In this document: positions 9,119-20,410 of the stretch, piece after piece
Numbering within the stretch: the first letter of the stretch is position 1
Layout of the letters: every line of letters begins with the position of its first letter
Assembly (NCBI RefSeq): GCF_000142905.1
Contig: NW_013657644.1
Coordinates: forward strand, 115,697 to 179,696
Source: Thecamonas trahens ATCC 50062
Lineage: Eukaryota > Protista > Apusomonadida
Direction: 5' to 3'
DNA length: 64,000 nt
Program-made: the position numbers and the translations under genes
Notes under the pieces: model-generated
Told to the model about the DNA's origin: nothing
Database searches by the model: none
Seen by the model: the letters and a program-made list of their open reading frames with translations, nothing else

Positions 9119-11116
9119 ATGGGACGAAGGAAGACCCGTGCTATGTCGTCAACATATGCTACCTCCACAGCAAGCACATACCCACAGGAGACACCCAGTG
9201 ACTCCTCCCGCCTCCGCCCGGTCTCTGCCAATACCGTCAGCTCCTCGCCGTATTCGGATGCCAATGCCATCGGTCGTCCAGGTGTCCAGCCAACGTCTTC
9301 GGATGAGCTCTATCTTCATTCGGAACCGTCGCGGACGCGCCATACTTCGCCGGCACGCAAGGCAACCCGCCGCGGACAGAGGCGCAGTGGCAGACGTGGT
9401 GCTGGCGAGTCGTCCGAGGACTCGATCTCGCTGCTCTGGCTTGACTCGCCGCGTAGCTCGTCGCGCAGAGCCGCAGCTGTGGCCGCTACCGACTCATGGT
9501 GGCTATGCTGTGGGGCCTGCGCTGGCACGCCGCCTCGAGCCACCGGCTCGACCTCGTGGTCGGATGGGGACGAGGAGCTGCCCTCAGATCTGGTGGCCAC
9601 CGACGAGCTGTTTGATGGCGCTCCCGGCGAGTCGTCGCTCTCGTCGCTGCAGTCTGCCGAGGCTGTCGTGGCACCCAGGGAGTACGCCAATGTCAACCGG
9701 CGGCTCCCTGCCGACCGCTTCGACTATCTGGCTCGCCCGCTGGAGTGGCCTGCGCTCGAGTCGATTGGCCTCGCCGTCGACTGGTCCGAGACCCTCGGGC
9801 GCGGCGCTTACGGTGAAGTCTATCGCGTCGACCGAGTCGGGCGCAATCCGCCTTGCGACAGCCTCCCGGACGGCGTCTCTCTCCCGCGCCGTCTCCGCTG
9901 CGGCGCCGAGCTCTGTGTCAAGACCCTCGCCAACAAGCCGGTCCACAACCGCGGTCCGCTCGATTCCGACGTCTGGATGGGCCGTGTCGCCAAGGAGATC
10001 CACATGCTTAAGCTTGTGCAAGGAGGGCCAAACATTGTCGCCTTTGGCGGCTCGTACGTCACTGCCGGCTCGGACGTCCGCCTCCTGCTCTTTGAGCGCA
10101 TCGAGTCGTCGTCGTTCAACACGCTCTTCCTTGCCCTCAAAGGCCTCGAGATTCCGCTGTACCTGTACAAGCTCCTCGCTGCGCTTGACTTTACCCACTC
10201 CCGCGGTCTCATCCATCGCGATGTCAAAGGTGGCAACATCCTGTACAACCGCGCCTCACAAAAGCTCCGCCTCATCGACTGGGGCTTTGCCGAGTTCTAC
10301 TTTCCGGACGCCACCATGTCGTCGTGGCCCGGCACCCGCAACTACAAGGCACCCGAGCTCTTCCTCCACTACCGCCAGTACTCGTACGCCGTCGACATGT
10401 GGGCCTTTGGCTGTGTCATGGGCACCCTTGTCCTCAAGCGCTTTCCGCTTTTCTCCTCGGCCCCGCATGCCGACAAGCGCGTCGCCAACAGGATGCAGCT
10501 CGCCTCGGTTGTCCGCTACCTCGGCCTCCGTGACTACGAGGCCTACCTCGCCGCCTATGACTTTCCTGCCCGTGCTCTCGTCGACTACTCACCCGACGCG
10601 CTCTACAACCGGAGCCGCAAGTCTCGGTCCAAGGCAAAGGCAAAGGCAAAGGCAAAGTCGCCGCTGCCGAGCCCGCCGCCAACCACCACCTCGACCGTCG
10701 ACGAGCAGCATGAGGTGGCGACGTCGTCGCTCGACGACTCGACACCACGAGTCAAGGAAAAGGCGACGAAGAAGAAGAAGAAGAAGGCCAAGCGCAAGGC
10801 CGCGGCCCACCTCGACCGCGTCGACTGGCGCCGCCTCGCCGCCGCCTACGATGACGGCCGCGCCACCGACGCAGCGCTCGACCTGCTCGACCGCGTCCTC
10901 GTTTACGACCACACCAACCGCCTGACAGCCGCCGAGGCCATGCGCCACCCGTACTTTGACGAGGTCCGCTCCCGGCTCGGCACCTCGTGGGACAAGCCTA
11001 TTCCGCTCGGGCTCTCCAGTACCTCGATCTCGACCTCGTCGTCCATCTCGGCTTCGGACTCGTCGACCTCGTACTCGACGTTCAAGCGCCGCGAGGCGTC
11101 CGGTAACTACCTGTGA
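9119..11116 (+). CDS. Divergent casein kinase 2 alpha-like Ser/Thr kinase
   Basis: REYANVN...DY CK2-type N-terminal segment, GRGAYGEV, HRDVKGGN, LRLIDWGFAEFY (DWG motif), YSYAVDMWAFGC, RLTAAEAMRHPYF. Confidence 0.8.
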   Translation: MGRRKTRAMSSTYATSTASTYPQETPSDSSRLRPVSANTVSSSPYSDANAIGRPGVQPTSSDELYLHSEPSRTRHTSPARKATRRGQRRSGRRGAGESSEDSISLLWLDSPRSSSRRAAAVAATDSWWLCCGACAGTPPRATGSTSWSDGDEELPSDLVATDELFDGAPGESSLSSLQSAEAVVAPREYANVNRRLPADRFDYLARPLEWPALESIGLAVDWSETLGRGAYGEVYRVDRVGRNPPCDSLPDGVSLPRRLRCGAELCVKTLANKPVHNRGPLDSDVWMGRVAKEIHMLKLVQGGPNIVAFGGSYVTAGSDVRLLLFERIESSSFNTLFLALKGLEIPLYLYKLLAALDFTHSRGLIHRDVKGGNILYNRASQKLRLIDWGFAEFYFPDATMSSWPGTRNYKAPELFLHYRQYSYAVDMWAFGCVMGTLVLKRFPLFSSAPHADKRVANRMQLASVVRYLGLRDYEAYLAAYDFPARALVDYSPDALYNRSRKSRSKAKAKAKAKSPLPSPPPTTTSTVDEQHEVATSSLDDSTPRVKEKATKKKKKKAKRKAAAHLDRVDWRRLAAAYDDGRATDAALDLLDRVLVYDHTNRLTAAEAMRHPYFDEVRSRLGTSWDKPIPLGLSSTSISTSSSISASDSSTSYSTFKRREASGNYL

Positions 11117-11129
11117 ACGCACCTGTGCC

Positions 11130-12461
11130 TCATGCGTCGTTTGCAATAAGCATCGTCTCCTCCTGCAGCTGCGCAAGCCGCAGCTTTTGCTCCGCAAGCT
11201 GCTGCTCGTAAATGTACAGCGGCACCGTGCCCTGGGCCGTGTACGGCGGCACATAGCCACCATGCGGTGGCGCGGTTGACGGCGGCGGCGGCAGCGAAAC
11301 TGCAGGCAGTGATGCACCCAGCGAGCCAAGCGAGAGAGGCGGCGAGCCGCCAACGCCGCCGCTACTCGGCGAGCCCGGGCTCGCGCTGACCGGCGACGGA
11401 TAAATGTCGTTGTCGTACCGCAGCCGCGACCGCATCGGCGACGCTGCCAGCGGCGATGCTGCCAGCGGCGATGCCGCCTGCACTTGCCGTAGATCAGCCA
11501 ACCGTGACCGCTCCTCGTCCAGCTCGCGCCGCGCCAGCGACAGCCGCGCTGCAGCCTCGTCGAGTTCCGACCGCCGCATCTCCAACGAGACCTTTTCGTC
11601 TTGAATGAGGTTGGCGTGCGCCTCGAGCAGCGCCTGCCTCGCCAGATACTCTTCGTCCTGCGCGTCCTTTAGCGCCACCAGTCGCTGCTGCGCCGCCGCC
11701 AGCTGCTCGCGAGCCGCCCGCAGCGTCTCGGCCTCCTCGTCCAGCTGCGACGCACGCGCGCCCGACATATCAGCGCTCGCGCCGCTGGCCTCGGCCACGC
11801 TGGCCTCGGCAGCAGCGCCCTCGCCCTCACCCTCGCCCTGTGGCTCCACACCCAGCGCCGACCCCGAAAGTGAGGTTGCAGCAAGAACGGCGTCGCGATG
11901 GCTCCGGCGAGCCAGCATGTCCATGGTGGCCTCTGCCCGGAGGCGGGCCTTTGCCCTGCGGCGGGCTCCTTCGACGATGCGCCTGTGCTGCTTCTGGGCC
12001 TCGGACGCCCCAACCAGGGCCTCTCTGTGGCCATCCAACTCTGCCCGGAACGCCTCCATTCGGCTTGCCAGCTCCTCACCAGCCGCCAGCGAGTCCAGCG
12101 AGGTCTGTGGCAGCGGGAACAGCGCTTCCCCAGCAACAAACTGGCTCAGCCGCCGCCTGCGATAGTCAGCAAGCGTGAGCAGTGGTGCCGTGTGAACCAC
12201 CTGCGGCACCGCATGACCTGTACCAGTCCCCCATCCCCACCCCCGCCAAGTGCCCCATGTACACATAGCCCCTTAATGAGTCAGACCCTATCCTGTTTCT
12301 CCATTGTGCCCCCCCCCCTCCCCCCCGCCGCCGCCCCCTCTCGCCCCCTCCCGCCCCGCCCCCTCTCCTGACATACGGCTACTGCGCACAGGCGCCACTC
12401 CCTTGGCACCTTCCGTTCTCCGCGAGCTTGCACGGGTGGTCACAACCCGTCCTACGGGCAT
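11130..12461 (-). CDS. Hypothetical coiled-coil protein; exons 12461-12377 and 12217-11130
   Basis: Intron 12376-12218 (GTATGT...TACAG, phase 1) joins the two frames cleanly. Heptad-rich E/A/R/L sequence. Confidence 0.65.
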
Positions 12462-12597
12462 ACTCGCACTCGGTGGTCGTGTGTGTGAGGCGGGGGGGGG
12501 GAGGACGATAGCGTGGAGCGGAGTGTGGAGGAGGAGGTAACGATTATCGCATCGAGAGATAATTGACGCTTGCCGCCTGAAACAGCATCCATTATCC

Positions 12598-13138
12598 CAT
12601 CAACAAACAATCATACTCCCCCAACCAATATTCACATCAACAAACAATCATACTCCCCCAACCATTATTCACATCAACAAACAATCATACTCCCCCAACC
12701 ATTATTCACATCAACAAACAATCATACTCCCCCAACCATTATTCACATCAACAAACAATCATACTCCCCCAACCATTATTCACATCAACAAACAATCATA
12801 CTCCCCCAACCATTATTCACATCAACAAACAATCATACTCCCCCAACCAATATTCACATCAACAAACAATCATACTCCCCCAACCATTATTCACATCAAC
12901 AAACAATCATACTCCCCCAACCATTATTCACATCAACAAACAATCATACTCCCCCAACCATTATTCACATCAACAAACAATCATACTCCCCCAACCATTA
13001 TTCACATCAACAAACAATCATACTCCCCCAACCATTATTCACATCAACAAACAATCATACTCCCCCAACCATTATTCACATCAACAAACAATCATACTCC
13101 CCCAACCATTATTCACATCAACAAACAATCATACTCCC
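12598..13138. repeat. 37-bp minisatellite, about 14.6 copies, with no G on the + strand
   Basis: Unit TCACATCAACAAACAATCATACTCCCCCAACCATTAT, period 37. The CCAATAT variant occurs in two copies. Confidence 0.95.
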
Positions 13139-13256
13139 GCCTCTCCCCCCCGCCCCTCTGCCCCTCCACTCCCCGCACCTGTCCCCAGCGCTCGCCACAG
13201 TCAGCAGGCGGTGAAGAAGACACGCTGAAGGGTGTGCAGAGAGACGACCGGCCGTC

Positions 13257-14632
13257 ATGCCCAGCGTACCCGAGCTGGAACAGGCCCGTGACGGCCTGAG
13301 GAGCCGGATACGGACCTTGAGCACCGAGCCGGATCTGGCCGCCAATGCCGCCAAGCTCGCCCAGGTCCAATCCCTGTATGTCGCCTACCAGCGGACATGT
13401 AACCTGCTGGCCAAGCTGCGCTGGGCAAGATCGCCGTCGCCTCGTATCGCTGCTCTGCTTGCCAAGGAGAAGGCTGCGCTCAAGACCAAGATCGCTGCCG
13501 CAAAGGCCCGCAACGAGGTCTTTGTTGTCCTCCAGGCCATGTATGATCGCTACACCGCCCTCAGGGTCATGCTCGCCGCCGCTTCCGCCATGTACGGACA
13601 GACCGCTGATGGGACTGCTCCTGAAGGCCAAGTCTCGTCCGACGGGAGCGATGCCGGTGCAGAGGCCCTACTCGCCGCCGCCGAGCCCCACCGCCCGTCG
13701 GTCTCAGACACCCCGTTCCGGGTCATCCACGTCGGCTCCAACACCTCCAAGATCCTGACCCCGCCTCGCCCGACCCCGCCGTCTTCGCGGCCGGTCCACC
13801 ATCGCGACGTTTCCATGCCCGCTTCGCCTCCGCGGCCGGAACGTCCCAGCACGCCGCCTCCCGACGAGCTGGAGCGCATGGAGCCAGGCGCCCGAGCCGA
13901 ATTGCTCCGCGCACCCATCCTGGTCGTCGATGACAATGCCGGCGGCTGGAACCGACGCCAGACTGTGCCAGACAATGTTGAAGACGGCACCAGCGCCGAG
14001 GATGCTATGGCTGTTGATGATGATGGCCCGTCTCGTGTCTCGGACGCAATGGATGAGTCCTCGTCGGCCATCGACGACTCGTCCAGCATCGACGACTCGG
14101 AGTCGAGCTCCGGCCGTTGTAATGCCGACTCCGACGCCGACGACCTTACCCGTCTGACAATGCTCCGATCGCCGATGGTCGTTTTGGCCCCAAAGACCGT
14201 GACGACGACTGGCAACTGGCGTCGCGCTCGTCCGACTCCACCTCGGCCGAGACCAACGAGAGCAGCGCCCGTAGCGACGACGATGTTTATGATGAGAGTG
14301 CTGACGACGCTAGCGATGACGAGCTCTACTCGTACGAACACAGCAGCAGCTGCGTGTTAGCCGACTCGGCGAGCTTGGCCATGCTGACTGACATCACGCT
14401 CTCGCCCTGGCGCCCTGTCGCGCTCGCCAATGTCCGCGTGCTCACCCCGCAGGCCACCGTCGATGCCGAGACTGCCTCGCCCTTGGCCTCGCGCCCACCG
14501 CGATTCCGCACTAATCTGGACCAGGCCTCGGCCTCAGCAACCTCGTCACGCCCAGATCCAGAGTCCGAGCGCCCACCGGCTCCTACCCGACGCCGCCGTG
14601 CCCAGCATACCTGTGGGTGTGCCATCATGTAG
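13257..14632 (+). CDS. Hypothetical protein (N-terminal helical region, acidic Ser/Asp-rich tail), with a 1-nt frame break at about 14144-14147
   Basis: ORF 13257 continues in the -1 frame as YPSDNAPIADG...DDDVYDESADD...LAMLTDITLSPW to the stop at 14632. The acidic composition is continuous only in that frame. Confidence 0.6.
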
Positions 14633-15635
14633 GCGCCGCGATGGCGTCGTCAAAGAATGGCACTACCGGACCGGACGAAGACGGGACGCATGGCCGGATA
14701 TACCGGTGGTTGGCGTCGACTAGGCGCGGCATGTAGCTTGACTTGATGCCGAGCTTGTCATAGATCGAATACATGTATGGCTCGCCAATGAACATCAGCG
14801 CCTCGTACGAGACGACAACGTCGACGTAGCCCGCCGCCATCAGCGATCGCACCAGCTCTCGCCCATGCTGCATCTCCCACACATTTGTCGTGCTATCGCC
14901 GCCATTATGCATGTTGAGCTTGGAGCACTGCTCGATATGCGCATCGCGGACTGTGAGCACCACAAAGACGTCCTCGAAGCTGCGCTCCAGCGACGCAACC
15001 AACGTAGGAATCTCTGGAAACGAGCCACGCACTCCAACATCGCGATTGCCGTGTGGTAGCGAGCGATGGAAGACATGATGCTTGCGATTTCCAATGTCTT
15101 CTAGCCCGTCCCACCCGTCCATGATCCCCAGCGCCGCCGCCAACGACTTTGCCGTCAGTCGAGAGCCCGACGACTCGATGCCGACCACAACAAACGCGGC
15201 CTCCCCGCCATGTCGGCTTGCTGTCGGCCTCTTCCTCCGCTGTCGCTTGGGAATGATGCTTTCGTATGACGCGGCTCGCTGCCGGCCATCCACGCAGTGC
15301 TGACCCTTCGGCTCGTCGGCAGCCGGCACATGGGCGACAAAGATGGAGAAGACGATGGTGACGGCGGTGATGCCCGCCACCCCGAGGACCAGCATCCTGA
15401 TAACCGCGAGTGTCGGCGTGCGCGTGCCCGAAAACGCCCACACGCCGATCGACATACACATCAGCAGCAGAACCATGGCCAGCACAAAGGCCGCACCCAT
15501 CACCACTGCGTCCGACCGAGGCGGCGTGGCCACCAACTGGGTCACGGCCCAACACAGCGCAGCGCCACATCCTCCACATGCCAGGCCATACCAGGCATCA
15601 CCGCCATCGCCTCGCCTACCGTGTCTTCTCCCCAT
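14625..15635 (-). CDS. Membrane-anchored sulfotransferase-like (P-loop) protein
   Basis: Three N-terminal hydrophobic helices. FVVVGIESSGSRL resembles the 5'-PSB loop, VVLTVRD the 3'-PB motif, and VSYEAL also fits. Confidence 0.5.
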   Translation of the reverse strand: MGRRHGRRGDGGDAWYGLACGGCGAALCWAVTQLVATPPRSDAVVMGAAFVLAMVLLLMCMSIGVWAFSGTRTPTLAVIRMLVLGVAGITAVTIVFSIFVAHVPAADEPKGQHCVDGRQRAASYESIIPKRQRRKRPTASRHGGEAAFVVVGIESSGSRLTAKSLAAALGIMDGWDGLEDIGNRKHHVFHRSLPHGNRDVGVRGSFPEIPTLVASLERSFEDVFVVLTVRDAHIEQCSKLNMHNGGDSTTNVWEMQHGRELVRSLMAAGYVDVVVSYEALMFIGEPYMYSIYDKLGIKSSYMPRLVDANHRYIRPCVPSSSGPVVPFFDDAIAAPT

Positions 15636-15817
15636 GGACTCACACACACACACACACGCACACACACACGAGCAAGGGGTACCCCGGCGCCTCACTCGAG
15701 TCGGGTGGTCATCCCGCCCGCTTTGCTCCTCACTCTCACCCTCTCACACACGCCCTCGCCCTCTCTCTCTCTCTCTCTCTCTCTCGTCAGTCTGTTGACA
15801 ATTGCTTACATGGCGCT

Positions 15818-17161
15818 CTACCCAAGCGATGAGACAAAGGTCTGACTAGCAGTCTTGAGCTGGTTCTTGATGGCAGCGACCATGGCCGGTGTGTCCCACT
15901 CGGGTGAATACGGGTAGCCGTCGTAGGTGGAGGAGATGGGCCCGATGGCCGGCGGTGCATGGACGTGGCCGAGGGTGGCAAAGACAATGGAGGGCTTCTG
16001 CTGCGGAAAGACCGCCGGGAGCGTGATGGTGGCGAGGACCGCAACCCGCGCCGTCCGCAGCAGGAACGCGATCTTGAGATAGTTGGTCCGGTCGACCTCC
16101 AAGAGCGCCGGTGCCAGCGCCTCGTCGGCAAGCAGCGCGTTGATGAGATCCTGTCGAAGCAGCTGCGACTGGGCCAGGAACGGTAGCTGGCGTGCCACGC
16201 CCGCCTCCACTTCTGGGAGAAAGTCCATTAGCGGAGTGTCCATGGCCCATGTAGGGAGTGTGAGCGCCGACAGCTGGTCGACCCAGTAGCTCGAGACGAT
16301 GAGCGAGGCCTGCGTGCTGCCGATGGTAAGTCCGCCATTGTCGAGCTCGTACACAAGCCGCAGCACCAGAGTGTGAACGTCTGGGTCGGCGGCCCGTGCC
16401 TCAGCTGCCGCTGCCACATCAGTGTCGAGCACATACTGCCCCAGATCAACCTCCAGCGGCACATGCATCACCGCCCACTTGCGGAACGACGAGAGGTTGG
16501 CATCAGAGCCAGTGTTCGTCTCGCCTGCGGAGCGCCCGGTCGCTCCCGCCGCCACAGCTGGCAGCGCGCCCTCGCCACAGCCGTCAAACCTTGCACCCGC
16601 CGCTGCCCGTCCCGCCTCCAGCTGAGCAGCAAGCGTTGTCACTTTCGGCCACGCTTCGGGCCGCTCGTCGACCAAGATGGCCTCAAAGCCTTCGCGCTGC
16701 GACGCCGTCGCAAGATCCAGCCCGAGCAGCGCGTTGCCTGACAGCTCCTTCAGCGACGCCCGGTAGCCGGCGGCCACCTCGTCGAGCATACCAGCGAGTA
16801 GCCGCTCGAGCGCCGTGACATCGTCTCGGGTCCAGCCCTTAACCGGTGCCAGTTCGGGCCAGCGCGCCGTGAGCAGCGCCGTCTGCTGCGGCTCGAGCAC
16901 GAGATCCGGAAGTAAGGTAGCCCTTGCGCCGCGTGCCGCATCAAACACCACCCGCCAGGTAAAGACCGATCCACAGAGCGCCGGGAAGACAGGACATACC
17001 AACGGAACATCTGCACCACTCCCGCCCACTGCCTTTGCCCCTGCCAGCCCCTTGACCGCCGCCGCCAGCGCCGGTCGAGGCACCGCCCCATGGAGACCCT
17101 TCCTTCCCGAGCTGTTGGTGGCGCCCAGGTACGCCACCATGGGTGAGTCGTACTTGTCCAT
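15818..17161 (-). CDS. BABAM2: BRISC/BRCA1-A complex member 2 (BRE/BRCC45); start uncertain
   Basis: C-terminus LLEVDRTNYLKIAFLL...ITLPAVFPQQKPSIVF...YPYSPEWDTPAM matches BRE (LPLFFPRDQPTLTF...YPYSPRWDGNEM). Confidence 0.8.
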   Translation of the reverse strand: MDKYDSPMVAYLGATNSSGRKGLHGAVPRPALAAAVKGLAGAKAVGGSGADVPLVCPVFPALCGSVFTWRVVFDAARGARATLLPDLVLEPQQTALLTARWPELAPVKGWTRDDVTALERLLAGMLDEVAAGYRASLKELSGNALLGLDLATASQREGFEAILVDERPEAWPKVTTLAAQLEAGRAAAGARFDGCGEGALPAVAAGATGRSAGETNTGSDANLSSFRKWAVMHVPLEVDLGQYVLDTDVAAAAEARAADPDVHTLVLRLVYELDNGGLTIGSTQASLIVSSYWVDQLSALTLPTWAMDTPLMDFLPEVEAGVARQLPFLAQSQLLRQDLINALLADEALAPALLEVDRTNYLKIAFLLRTARVAVLATITLPAVFPQQKPSIVFATLGHVHAPPAIGPISSTYDGYPYSPEWDTPAMVAAIKNQLKTASQTFVSSLG

Positions 17162-17630
17162 CTCTGCGGACCTCTTCTGGACGTGTCTACTCTGCGTGAA
17201 GTGAGTGAGGTATGTCAGTCTGTCGTGTTGTTGAGAAGGGGAAGGGAGGGGGGGGAGGGGGAGGGGGTTGGCACAAGGCGGCGCCTGGCGCGTGGAGCAG
17301 GTGTTCCGTCCTCCTCTGCCACCAGCCACCATCCAACGATTAATTCATCGATTAATCACACATGAGCCCCACAGACAACCACACACACACTTTCTCCCTC
17401 ACGGACACACACACACTCTCTCTCTCTCTTTTCCTCTCTTGATCCTCAAACCTCTCCATGCCCATTCCCATTTCAATACCCCACCATACTCCGATCTCCA
17501 CCAATAACCCCCCCCCCCCCCCGTCCTCCTCAGGGACCCAGCACTCTGCCCGAATGGGGGGGGGGGGTCCCCCCGCGGGAGAAGGGACCTGCAAAATAAC
17601 GGAAATGCCGCGGAAATGAGGAAAGGAAGG

Positions 17631-17666
<36 letters not shown>

Positions 17667-17746
17667 ACGGGCAGACACGGCATAGCCACACCCGCGCGTC
17701 TAGCACAAGCACTCCTCCTCACACACACTTGCGCACATACACACAC

Positions 17747-17783
<37 letters not shown>

Positions 17784-17821
17784 CATACACACATACACCC
17801 TCCTCCCCTCCCTTGTCACCC

Positions 17822-20125
17822 ATGTCAGACACAGGTTCGGGTGGCGGTGGTGGCGGACAGGGACTGGAAGGCATGTTGCAAGCTGGGAATGATACTGGTT
17901 GCCTCTCGCATTCTGGAGATCCGGATGGTCATGTTGACAATGATGAACAAGCTGGCTCCAAAGGGGCAGGTGACCCTTCGCAGTCGGACAGAGATAGTCT
18001 CCAGGTCTTGGCTGCTGACGGCGAGCTGGAGACAACGTCAGAGACGAACGAGACGTACGGGACGGCAGAGGAGGCTGACGACGAGCCTGGTGCTGGAAAG
18101 GCAGTGGCTGCAGATGCCGAGACCGAAGTCGAGGCCCATTCGGAGCCCGACGCTCAGGCGGCCGAGACTGAGGCCGAGGCAAGCTCGCCGCCCCAGGCCG
18201 ACGGCAATGACTTGCTCGACAACGCTCAGTGTGGCTCGCCAGAAACACCAACGTCGCCGTCCATTCCGATGCGGTTGTCGCCGGGCTCGCCGAGCGGCCG
18301 CCGCGGACGCAAGCAGCGCGGTGGCGGGTCCCGGTCGCGAAGCGCGGCCGAGCTTGATAAGGCCATGATGATTGCAGCAGCAGAGGATTTGTCGGAGGAG
18401 ATGGACCGCGCGCTCGAGTGGGCCGACGACGAGGACGAGGCCGTTGCCTCGAGCATCTACCGTTGGTTTGGCGAGGGCCAGGCCGAGGTGGCTCGTGTAC
18501 GGCAGCTGGAGCGGAACAAGAGCAGAGCGACGTTTGGCAAGCTCGAGGCTGCGTTTGGCGATGCGCAGGACGTGGTACATGCGCTGCTCTGCGGCCCACT
18601 CGCGCGCTCTTTCCGGGTCGACGTCATGGTCTCGGTCGACTCGTTCGAGGACTACGTAGAGTTTCTTGAGGTCGAGGACCAGGCCGACGTCTTTGCCACC
18701 GATCGGCTAAGCACCGCGGAGAAGATGGCGCGCAAGCTGGCAGTCGGTGTCAAAAAGTTCAACATCAAGCCGCGCGATGGCCTCGCCTTCCTGCAAGACG
18801 CCGGACTTGTTGGGACCGAGCCGGGCGAAGTTGCTGCCTTTCTGCTTGCCACAGAAGGACTGTACAAGTCGTCCATCGGCGCATACCTCGGCGAGCCGCA
18901 CGCCTTTAACCGACAGGTTCTCGATGCCTTTGCCTCATCGTTCTCGTTTGACGACCTGCGCCTCGACGAGGCCATGCGCGCGTTCCTGGCCACGTTCCGG
19001 CTTCCGGGCGAGGCCCAGAAGATCGATCGCATTATGGAGACCTTTGCGGCGCAGTACCATAAGTTCCAACCCAAGCTCTTTGCCTCGCCGGACACAGCGT
19101 ACGTCCTTGCGTTTGCACTCATTATGCTCAACACCGACGCCCACAACCCGGGCGTGAAGAACAAAATGACGCTCGAGCAGTTCTTCGCCACCACCCGCGG
19201 CATCGACAACGGGCAGGACATCGAGCCCGACCTGCTCGAGGCGCTGTACCACTCGATCAAGACCAACGAGATCAACCTCAAGCCGGACGGACCGGCCACG
19301 CCGTTTGACTCGCCCGACTTTCGCGGCGAGCTCAAGAAGCGCGGTGCCGGTCGGCTCAAAAAGTGGAACTCGCGGTTCTTCCTCCTCTCGGGCTCTTGCC
19401 TCTACTACTTTGGCTCTGCCGCCGAGGCCGAGGCCGACGGCCCGCCGCGCGGCATCCTACCGCTGGAGAACGTCTCCGTCGTCGATATGGCCACCAAGCA
19501 CAAGACACAGTTTGCGCTTGTTGCCGCCGAGGGCGCTACGCTCAAGATGGCCAAGCTCAAGGGCTCGTCAAACCTCAAGGGCGAGAAGCAGCTCGTCCTC
19601 CGCGCGCCCAACGAGGATATCAAGCGCGAGTGGATGGCCGCCCTCGAGTCGCACATCCACAAGAATGCCTTCTACGGCCTCATGCGCCAGAAGAAGACCG
19701 AGCTCGAGTCGGAGGTCGCTGCAGAGGGTGGCACATCCCAGGCTGCCGCCGCCGTCCTCGAGCGCCGCCAGAACGAGACTCGCTCCAATCTTGCACGCGT
19801 GAAGAATCACCTCAAGCGCCGTCAGTCGCACTCGCTCGAGGAAATGATCCTCTCGTCGTCATCGTCATCGCGAAGGCCCATGACCCGCGCCGGGCGCACC
19901 CGCGCCTCGTCCATTTCCAAGACCCGCCCGTCGTCGCTCACCCCGCTCTCCCGTCGCGGCGCCTCCACTTCGGCCCTCACCGTAGTTCGCTCCCCGCCGC
20001 ATATCTCTGCCGCAGAGATGGCTCTCGAATCCATCGGCTCAGAGCTGCCTTCGCCGTCCGACCTCCAGGGCCTCTCCTCGGCCAACATGTCGTCACCGGA
20101 TCTGACCCAGCACACGATGCTGTAG
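17822..20125 (+). CDS. Sec7 + PH domain Arf guanine nucleotide exchange factor (cytohesin-like)
   Basis: FRLPGEAQKIDRIMETFA and LAFALIMLNTDAHNP Sec7 motifs, followed by a PH domain (GELKKRGAGRLKKWNSRFFLL...REWMAAL). Confidence 0.92.
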   Translation: MSDTGSGGGGGGQGLEGMLQAGNDTGCLSHSGDPDGHVDNDEQAGSKGAGDPSQSDRDSLQVLAADGELETTSETNETYGTAEEADDEPGAGKAVAADAETEVEAHSEPDAQAAETEAEASSPPQADGNDLLDNAQCGSPETPTSPSIPMRLSPGSPSGRRGRKQRGGGSRSRSAAELDKAMMIAAAEDLSEEMDRALEWADDEDEAVASSIYRWFGEGQAEVARVRQLERNKSRATFGKLEAAFGDAQDVVHALLCGPLARSFRVDVMVSVDSFEDYVEFLEVEDQADVFATDRLSTAEKMARKLAVGVKKFNIKPRDGLAFLQDAGLVGTEPGEVAAFLLATEGLYKSSIGAYLGEPHAFNRQVLDAFASSFSFDDLRLDEAMRAFLATFRLPGEAQKIDRIMETFAAQYHKFQPKLFASPDTAYVLAFALIMLNTDAHNPGVKNKMTLEQFFATTRGIDNGQDIEPDLLEALYHSIKTNEINLKPDGPATPFDSPDFRGELKKRGAGRLKKWNSRFFLLSGSCLYYFGSAAEAEADGPPRGILPLENVSVVDMATKHKTQFALVAAEGATLKMAKLKGSSNLKGEKQLVLRAPNEDIKREWMAALESHIHKNAFYGLMRQKKTELESEVAAEGGTSQAAAAVLERRQNETRSNLARVKNHLKRRQSHSLEEMILSSSSSSRRPMTRAGRTRASSISKTRPSSLTPLSRRGASTSALTVVRSPPHISAAEMALESIGSELPSPSDLQGLSSANMSSPDLTQHTML

Positions 20126-20410
20126 CACACAGCGGCAACATGCAGCTACACCTGCGAGGCATGAACATGGTCCACCTGTACTCAACCTCTGATCCCTACA
20201 CGCCATCTTCCCTCCATCCTCCCTCTCGCGCCGTTACACCACGTGACCGCCGAAAGCCATGACGTCGGCAGCCAGCAGGCGAGTCCGTGACTCCCAGCCA
20301 CTGGCTACGGCTCACCACTCACTACCACCCCCAGCCACTCCACCCCACCCCACCCTCACGGACACTCCACACGCTCACACTCACCCTCACACTCATCCCG
20401 CGCTTTGACT

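Noticed and set aside
8646-10925. Long alternative-frame and antisense ORFs (e.g. 8646-10925, 39313-40836, 49346-50956, 1839-3104)
   Set aside because: Expected shadows of high-GC coding sequence. They are Arg/Pro/Ser-rich and overlap better-supported genes.
12570-13214. 214-aa ORF across the 37-bp repeat
   Set aside because: A G-free strand without TAA cannot contain stops, and the unit length is not a multiple of 3.
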